In this document: positions 58,500 to 64,000 of the stretch, one piece after another | How the letters are laid out: every line of letters starts with the position of its first letter | Numbering within the stretch: position 1 is the stretch's first letter | DNA from: Patescibacteria group bacterium | GTDB taxonomy: Bacteria; Patescibacteriota; JACPGU01 | DNA length: 64,000 bases | Direction: 5' to 3' | NCBI GenBank assembly: GCA_041675145.1 | Contig: JBAYUK010000001.1 | Span: 312,283-376,282, forward strand | The notes under the pieces: generated by a model | What the model saw: only the letters and a program-made list of their open reading frames with translations | The model's database searches: none | Told to the model about the DNA's origin: nothing | Position numbers and translations under genes: made by a program

Positions 58500-59054
58500 C
58501 TATAGCGTATAGTCCGTTTTTATTCCTTGCTCTTTTGCTCTTTGCTCTGCTACTACCATGTCAGCACGGAGACGTGCTAGAGCAACATAGTGTTCGTGCT
58601 GTTTCTCTGGTGGTAGGAACTCTATCATTGATTTAAAGTCATCGGGAGTAAACCGTACGGGCGGTTCTGTTTTGACAGGATTTTTTGAATCCCACCCCTC
58701 AAAGTACCTGAGCCACAGCTCGACATCTGATGCCTTGCCGTGCTTAATACATTGCTCCGTAAGAGCGTGGAGAATGTCAGGCTTGAACTCCATAATTCTG
58801 AACACCTGCTCTCTGTGTAGGTTGTCTCGAAAATCATCGCGTTGTTTCCATCTACTGAGGTGGCTTGGTGTCAGATTGTGTTTCTTGGCAAATGCCTCCG
58901 CAGTTGCTACCCCGGCAGTGTGTTTCTCTATTTGTGACAAGAGCGACCATGCGAAGAAGTCCGCATACACATCTTTCTTGTAAGGACCGGTCGATCGCGG
59001 TTTCTTTGCCGTACTGATTTTTTGAGAATTAACGTTTTGATCGTCTTTTTTCAT
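58500..59054 (-). CDS. phBC6A51-like HTH / terminase small subunit-like protein
   Basis: FAKKHNL...LSRWKQRDDF HTH; ILHAL...GKASDVELWLRYFEGW. Confidence 0.6.
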   Translation of the reverse strand: MKKDDQNVNSQKISTAKKPRSTGPYKKDVYADFFAWSLLSQIEKHTAGVATAEAFAKKHNLTPSHLSRWKQRDDFRDNLHREQVFRIMEFKPDILHALTEQCIKHGKASDVELWLRYFEGWDSKNPVKTEPPVRFTPDDFKSMIEFLPPEKQHEHYVALARLRADMVVAEQRAKEQGIKTDYTL

Positions 59055-59101
59055 AATAAATTGGCTTAAATATAATTCTTATTGATTTACTGAAATGTTA
59101 A

Positions 59102-59344
59102 TTAGTCGGGCTTGTCATAGAGCCTTGTTTTAATGAGCCGCATTTGCACTAAAAGCTTCTGTGGCTCAAGACGTAACTTACCCTCTTTGTAGCGCTGTAT
59201 CGTGCCCTCAAGCGAATCAGAGTGCAAAAATACGAATATTGCCCGTGGTCCGCCTGAACGTTCAATTTTGATCATCTGTTGGTCCAGCGACATCAGGGCT
59301 GCTGCCAACCACATGTCGCTTGTCTGAAAGTTTTGTTTCATCAT
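59102..59344 (-). CDS. DUF5659-like small protein
   Basis: FQTSDMWLAAAL...R..F.F...Y..G.L.LEP...IKTRLY. Confidence 0.65.
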   Translation of the reverse strand: MMKQNFQTSDMWLAAALMSLDQQMIKIERSGGPRAIFVFLHSDSLEGTIQRYKEGKLRLEPQKLLVQMRLIKTRLYDKPD

Positions 59345-59510
59345 ACTTGGGTTTATTAATAGGCGATTTATTGGTAGCGGATTCGACTGCTTGGTCAAGC
59401 TGCTGCTGAGTGTCCCGAGCAACGAGCACGCAAAAACGAGCGATTTGGTCTATCGCCTGAGCTATTCCTTCCTCAAATTGTGGCTCAGTGTGCTGCTCGT
59501 TGGTTTTCAT
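59262..59510 (-). CDS. Possible small hypothetical protein
   Basis: ORF MKTNEQ...; overlaps the next gene by ~80 nt. Confidence 0.35.
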   Translation of the reverse strand: MKTNEQHTEPQFEEGIAQAIDQIARFCVLVARDTQQQLDQAVESATNKSPINKPKYDETKLSDKRHVVGSSPDVAGPTDDQN

Positions 59511-59598
59511 ACACATAAAAATAATTTTGCCCGCATTTCCAATTGTGGAATTATGCGGGCAAAATCAAATGTGTATGAAAGTCTGGACCAAAGTCTGG

Positions 59599-60597
59599 TT
59601 ACTTTTTCTTGCGTTCACGAGGTTTTCTCTTGCGAGTACTCGTGCTATTCAAGTTACGCTTGTTCTCTTTTTGGCATTCTTTGCTGCAAGTTACCTGCTC
59701 TCTACCGCCCTTTTTAGGAGAAAAAGTGGAGTTGCATATAATACAAAGCTTACGCCCCAAGCGGACATTGTATTTTTTGTAGATATCATCCCAAGAGGGA
59801 GTTTTCTTGTTTACTCCCTGGAGTAGCCATAGGAGTATCTTGGAAGTTTCGTAAAAGTCGCTTGTAAACTTCGAAGCCCCCGACGCTCCCTCTTTTGTCT
59901 TTAAGGGAAAGTATCGGCTTAGGAGTGGTCTCCAGTAGAGTATTGGGTCAATCTTGAACCCTGATTCAGCAAACCATACGGCCATGTTTTCCAGTTCCTT
60001 GGGAGACAGGTTGTGTTTTTGTAGTATCTTACTGGCAACTGAACGTAAGTTGTCTTTTTCCCAGCGTGCCGTAAAATCGGTAACTTTTACATTCTCATCT
60101 TCAAGAAGGAAAGGATTTGCGACAGCCGTTTTACTGACGGAAGTAATCATTTCTTCGTGGGCCGTCAGGATGCTATTGATAACAGAGAAAGCTTCGTGAT
60201 ACCTAGCAATCTGGGTTAGGAGAGTGGTTTTACTATTCGTCAAAAAGCGCTCTATCACTTCCATATCCTCATCTACAATCTTGATAGTTCTGTTTTGTTG
60301 GACCAAAGCAAGAGAAAATATCTGTAAGGGCGTATAAAAGGCCATGGAGTGTGCGGAGGCCTCAGACGCTACTTCGTATCGTTTCAGCCACCCCGCAACG
60401 CCGTAGGCGATCTGAGAGCCTGCGGGTGCCACGATCTGAATGGCTGGCGTGAGCAAGCCCTGTTGTTGGTAAAAAGCAAGCTCCCGCCTGCTTGTAGTTA
60501 TGCCACGATCACTGACATGACGAATAAACATATTTACGTTCAGGAGGTCCTTTTCTCGAAAGGGAGCCGATAAATTGTATGGTTTTTCATTCTTCAT
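59599..60597 (-). CDS. Hypothetical protein: N-terminal MerR-like HTH, C-terminal C4 zinc finger and basic tail
   Basis: ITTSRRELAFYQQQGLLTP; CIIC-X15-CSKEC; K/R-rich end. Confidence 0.65.
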   Translation of the reverse strand: MKNEKPYNLSAPFREKDLLNVNMFIRHVSDRGITTSRRELAFYQQQGLLTPAIQIVAPAGSQIAYGVAGWLKRYEVASEASAHSMAFYTPLQIFSLALVQQNRTIKIVDEDMEVIERFLTNSKTTLLTQIARYHEAFSVINSILTAHEEMITSVSKTAVANPFLLEDENVKVTDFTARWEKDNLRSVASKILQKHNLSPKELENMAVWFAESGFKIDPILYWRPLLSRYFPLKTKEGASGASKFTSDFYETSKILLWLLQGVNKKTPSWDDIYKKYNVRLGRKLCIICNSTFSPKKGGREQVTCSKECQKENKRNLNSTSTRKRKPRERKKK

Positions 60598-60683
60598 TTA
60601 TTTCTATTTTATCAAAAAACCCGCCATATCTACATGCTTTTGTGGCTTTGCAGATATTTTACGAAATGGTATAATTAAAATTA

Positions 60684-60843
60684 CAAAAAGCTTGCCTAAC
60701 CCTCATCTCTTGGTGAGGTATGGTGAATAAATCCGGATATAGGGGAGAGAACTCTCCGTTTAAGGTGTTACCTATATCCGGTCTATGCTCGAAAGGGCAT
60801 AGGATAGTCGCAAGACTGTCGCATCTTAGCGGGGAGCTTTTTG
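60684..60843 (+). ncRNA. Candidate structured ncRNA (multi-branch, two GNRA tetraloops)
   Basis: TG-TATAAT promoter at 60670; terminal CAAAAAGCT/AGCTTTTTG; internal stems of 7, 11, 5, 8 and 7 bp. Confidence 0.65.
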
Positions 60844-60866
60844 CGTTTTAATACTAAATTATCACT

Positions 60867-61847
60867 ATGCTTTTTGGCCTTTTTACACTCCTGTTTCTCG
60901 CTTCGTTCGTTCTGTTGATCGTTGGGCTTATCAACCCAAAGCCAGTCAGTAAGCTTTTTCGCAAAGAGTTCAGTCGTAAAACAATCGCTGGTTACTTCAG
61001 TGCGGCGGTGCTGGTTTTCTTTATCCTGAGCGGCGCTTCTGCTGGCCCTGTGCCAAAGAAAGCTGATCCACAGCAAGCAACTCAAGAAACAACTGAGCGG
61101 CCCGCCGCACAAGACGCCACTAGTCCTGACAACAATGAGGGCGTTGAGCCTGCTACGACCGCTGTGACAGCCAAAGAACAGCCGGACGCAAGTCAGCCTC
61201 TCTACGATGTCACTTCAGTCACTGACGGTGACACAATCAAAGTAAATATTGCCGGCAAGGTTGAATCAATTCGTCTGATTGGTCTTGATACCCCGGAGGT
61301 GGTCGATCCACGTAAACCAGTGCAATGCTTCGGCCAGGAAGCTTCAAAGCGTGCCAAGGACATCCTGACGGGCAAGAAGGTACGCCTGGAGGCTGACGCA
61401 GTGTCCGGTGAGCGAGACAAGTATAATCGCTTGCTCCGCTATGTGTGGCTTGAAGACGGCACATTGTTCAACAAACAGATGATTGCTGACGGTTACGCTT
61501 CTGAGTACACCTACCAGAGCCAGGTGTACAAGTATCAATCAGAGTTTAAAGAAGCCGAGAAACAGGCGCGCGATGGCCAGAAAGGGCTTTGGAATCCTAG
61601 TACGTGCAACGGCGACGCAACAAAGCCTGCTGTGACACCTGTGCCTGCGGTTACGCCTGCTCCTGCAGCTCAATCACCAACGCCAAAGCCTGCTCCTGCT
61701 CCAGCACCATCAGGATCAGTCGTTAAGAAGAGCAAGAGCAGTATCTGTCACGCTCCAGGCACGAAGTATTACGACCAAACGACCAACTTCACGCCATACA
61801 ATACTGTGGACGAGTGTCTGAACAGTGGCGGTAGGTTACCAAAATAG
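60867..61847 (+). CDS. Membrane-anchored thermonuclease (SNase) with C-terminal Cys/His domain
   Basis: DGDTI, RLIGLDTPE, DKYNRLLRYV, GLW; KKSKSSICH...ECL. Confidence 0.92.
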   Translation: MLFGLFTLLFLASFVLLIVGLINPKPVSKLFRKEFSRKTIAGYFSAAVLVFFILSGASAGPVPKKADPQQATQETTERPAAQDATSPDNNEGVEPATTAVTAKEQPDASQPLYDVTSVTDGDTIKVNIAGKVESIRLIGLDTPEVVDPRKPVQCFGQEASKRAKDILTGKKVRLEADAVSGERDKYNRLLRYVWLEDGTLFNKQMIADGYASEYTYQSQVYKYQSEFKEAEKQARDGQKGLWNPSTCNGDATKPAVTPVPAVTPAPAAQSPTPKPAPAPAPSGSVVKKSKSSICHAPGTKYYDQTTNFTPYNTVDECLNSGGRLPK

Positions 61848-61872
61848 TAGATTACTAAATAATTTGAAGCAT

Positions 61873-62262
61873 ATGAAAAACAAAATGATCATCGCGGGAT
61901 TGGCAGTTGTGGCCGTGGCACTTATTGGCTTGGGCATTTACCTCAATCGCCCCGTCGCCAAGGTGGAGCGTCTTGAGCAAGCAGCCATCGACCTCAAAGA
62001 GAGCTCGGGCTACAACGCTTGTGTCGGTAAGGTGAATGAGAAAATCCAAAAACGAACTGAGTTTATAAAACTCAAGGTTCAAGAAGCCGGCTACACAGAC
62101 AGCATGAACTGTCTGGAAAATCCTAGCGAGCCGGCGTGTAAAGACACCGCCCGCTACAACGCGGAGGTCAAGGCAAGTAATGATTTTATGCCATTGGCAG
62201 ATCAAATCACCCCGTTGTCGCTAATCGATTGCATGGAATTACTCAACAAAGCCACTAAATAG
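61873..62262 (+). CDS. Exported Cys-containing hypothetical protein
   Basis: Signal/anchor peptide; 4 Cys. Confidence 0.65.
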   Translation: MKNKMIIAGLAVVAVALIGLGIYLNRPVAKVERLEQAAIDLKESSGYNACVGKVNEKIQKRTEFIKLKVQEAGYTDSMNCLENPSEPACKDTARYNAEVKASNDFMPLADQITPLSLIDCMELLNKATK

Positions 62263-62300
62263 TAGGTTGACATACGCAACCCTATTGATACAATAGGGAC

Positions 62301-62855
62301 ATGTCAGATCGCCCAAAAGAGAAGCGACAATTTGAATGGCACCTCAGGGTAAACACGAGCAGTACGGGTACTGCAAACTTGTCGTTGTTTTTCCCAGAGG
62401 GGGCAACCAAAAAAGAAAAAGAAGCAGCCTTAGCTGCTGGTCTAGACGAAGCGACACAGCACATGTTGAGCCAAGGATACATATTGCCTAGTGATCGCTT
62501 TATGTCATCAGGAGATGTTGCTCTCAAGTACGGCAAAAGCAGGCAATACTGGGAGAAATTGCTTGTTGAAGGAAAAATACCTTATATGGAGACAAGCGCA
62601 GGGAAAATCACCACTGATTTATGGGTGCGGGGCTACTTGGATAATCGATCAGAAGTTGACGTGTATGTACAAAAAAGCAACCTGGCAGTAAAAAGAATCC
62701 TGGACGAATTGAAAAAACATACTACCGAGCTAAAGTTGTCGACCGATATCAGATGTCCTAACTGTGAAGAGGATGGGATGTCTTGCTATATCAACCGAGA
62801 CCATTTTGATGGTATGTGTAGCTCTTGTAAGTTTAAGTTGCGCAGAACTAAATAA
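62301..62855 (+). CDS. Hypothetical protein with excisionase-like HTH and C-terminal Zn ribbon
   Basis: MSSGDVALKYGKSRQYWEKLLVEGKIP; CPNC...CSSC; promoter TTGACA-N16-TACAAT-N6-ATG. Confidence 0.7.
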   Translation: MSDRPKEKRQFEWHLRVNTSSTGTANLSLFFPEGATKKEKEAALAAGLDEATQHMLSQGYILPSDRFMSSGDVALKYGKSRQYWEKLLVEGKIPYMETSAGKITTDLWVRGYLDNRSEVDVYVQKSNLAVKRILDELKKHTTELKLSTDIRCPNCEEDGMSCYINRDHFDGMCSSCKFKLRRTK

Positions 62856-62863
62856 CACCACCC

Positions 62864-64000
62864 ATGAGAATAGATAATGCAAAACTAAAAAGCGGAGAGG
62901 ACCTCCAGTTTGGAGATTTCAATGTTTTTGTTGGCGGTAATGGCGTAGGAAAAACAACTATCGTATCAGAGGTATTTGATAAGATATCTGCTGCAAATGG
63001 TAGTAAATATTTGTGGATCGACCAACTATCGCATTCAGCGAATGATGTGACTGCTGATCTTAAGCTACTCAAGAAGTCTCTTGCTCACCAAAGAGAAGGG
63101 GCAAGCCTTTTTTATCTTTCTAGTGCTACTAAAGGCATAGGTGGAAATATAGACCTGGACGGATCGCTTAGGTTCTCTGAGGGCGAAGTAGCGCAGATGG
63201 AGTCAGTAACTGATGCTAGTATTTTTAATACACCGAAATACAGAAGGCCATTTATTACTTTTTCAAGTTGTGAAAGTCGATTAACCTTTCCAGATGGGGC
63301 TGGCTTGACTGGCTTAGACCAGCCTCCTTCCGACGCTCTGAACGTTCTTTTTCGAGATGGTGGCCTCATGGAGGACATTAGCGATCACATCCATAGGCGC
63401 TTTGGTTATTATTTAGTGCTAATAGATCACACCTTCACGGCGTTAAAGGTGGGTATATCCCATACGAAACCACCAGATTTTGACAGAAATGCCCGTGATA
63501 AGCAGAGCGCATCAGACAAAGTAAGGAAGTGGGAGGAGGAACATCTTATCCCAATTACTAAAGCTGGGCATGGAATCAGAAGTATGGTCAAGCTGCTCAC
63601 GGCACTTTTGGAACCAGTAAATCAGATTATAATAATTGATGAACCTGAGCTCCATCTTTACCCCTCTCAAAAGAGATGGTTCGGTTACCAGCTTGCATTG
63701 TTGGCTTCTACCCAAAATAAACAGATATTTTTAGTAACTCACGACGCATCAATTCTTCAGGGTATATTTGAAGGCAGTGCAAATACTCATCTTTTTCGGG
63801 TCAACAAAGACAACCATGGTGTAGGCACAGTACGTTCTTGTCAGCTACCGAAGCAGTCAATTTCTCACTCAAAAAATCAACATCAATATCTACAGGGTTT
63901 ATTTTATCAGCGCTGTGTCGTCGTGGAGGGCTCATCAGATCGTCTTTTCTATGAAACGCTGTTTAACGATTACCCTAAGGTTCAAGATAAGGACCTGGGG
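62864..64000 (+). CDS. OLD-family-like ABC ATPase-TOPRIM nuclease; runs off window end
   Basis: Not in the ORF track. In-frame motifs: GGNGVGKT, AGHGIRS, IIIDEPELHLYP, VTHD, VVVEGSSD. Confidence 0.85.
   Translation, partial: MRIDNAKLKSGEDLQFGDFNVFVGGNGVGKTTIVSEVFDKISAANGSKYLWIDQLSHSANDVTADLKLLKKSLAHQREGASLFYLSSATKGIGGNIDLDGSLRFSEGEVAQMESVTDASIFNTPKYRRPFITFSSCESRLTFPDGAGLTGLDQPPSDALNVLFRDGGLMEDISDHIHRRFGYYLVLIDHTFTALKVGISHTKPPDFDRNARDKQSASDKVRKWEEEHLIPITKAGHGIRSMVKLLTALLEPVNQIIIIDEPELHLYPSQKRWFGYQLALLASTQNKQIFLVTHDASILQGIFEGSANTHLFRVNKDNHGVGTVRSCQLPKQSISHSKNQHQYLQGLFYQRCVVVEGSSDRLFYETLFNDYPKVQDKDLG

Larger units (their letters stand above)
56889..64000. mobile_element. Integrative element inserted at the 3' end of tRNA-Val; right end outside the window
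   Basis: Recombinase abuts and overlaps the tRNA; phage-like HTH genes and defence-like cargo follow; second att site not seen. Confidence 0.8.

Noticed and set aside
59599-60597. TnpB/IscB-type RNA-guided nuclease
   Set aside because: Zinc finger present, but no RuvC or HNH catalytic motifs recognisable.
60684-60843. Retron msr-msd (terminal inverted repeats)
   Set aside because: No reverse transcriptase in the window; cannot be excluded beyond 64000.
62848-63715. Short minus-strand ORFs
   Set aside because: Antisense shadows of the plus-strand OLD-like gene.
1-64000. CRISPR array or cas genes (including the zero-confidence placeholder entry at 11731-11949, which should be ignored)
   Set aside because: No regularly spaced direct repeats or cas motifs seen anywhere; 11731-11949 is hicA.
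1-64000. Alternative genetic code (TGA=Gly, as in Gracilibacteria)
   Set aside because: Conserved genes are full length in code 11, and several end at TGA at expected positions.

Overview
The window looks like a Patescibacteria/CPR-type bacterial chromosome segment in standard genetic code. The taxonomy is inferred from gene content and style, not from a marker gene. The housekeeping backbone includes split transketolase, rpe, rpiB, rel, ruvB, ychF, dut, typA, dinB, sod, a DsbB/thioredoxin pair, ABC transporters, tRNA-Arg(GCG) and tRNA-Val(GAC). Orphan genes are interspersed, usually with their own sigma70 promoter, leader, Shine-Dalgarno (SD) and terminator, whereas many backbone genes appear leaderless (TANNNT-N6-ATG). 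At the left end is an RNA-structure-rich operon (long leader, DHH-like protein, 51-aa ORF, DEAH RNA helicase) in which at least two ribosome-binding sites are predicted to be base-paired. The middle holds a heme/flavin/Rieske redox cluster, an animal-type PAICS (PurC-PurE fusion) and a eukaryote-like PurB; the two purine genes share a 15-bp promoter motif. At the right end is an element integrated at tRNA-Val. It carries a large serine recombinase whose stop codon lies inside the tRNA, a small-terminase-like HTH, a DUF5659-like protein, an HTH/Zn-finger protein, a highly structured ~160-nt candidate ncRNA, a thermonuclease and a truncated OLD-like ATPase-TOPRIM gene. All protein calls come from motif recognition by eye and all RNA structures from manual pairing; no database searches were run.
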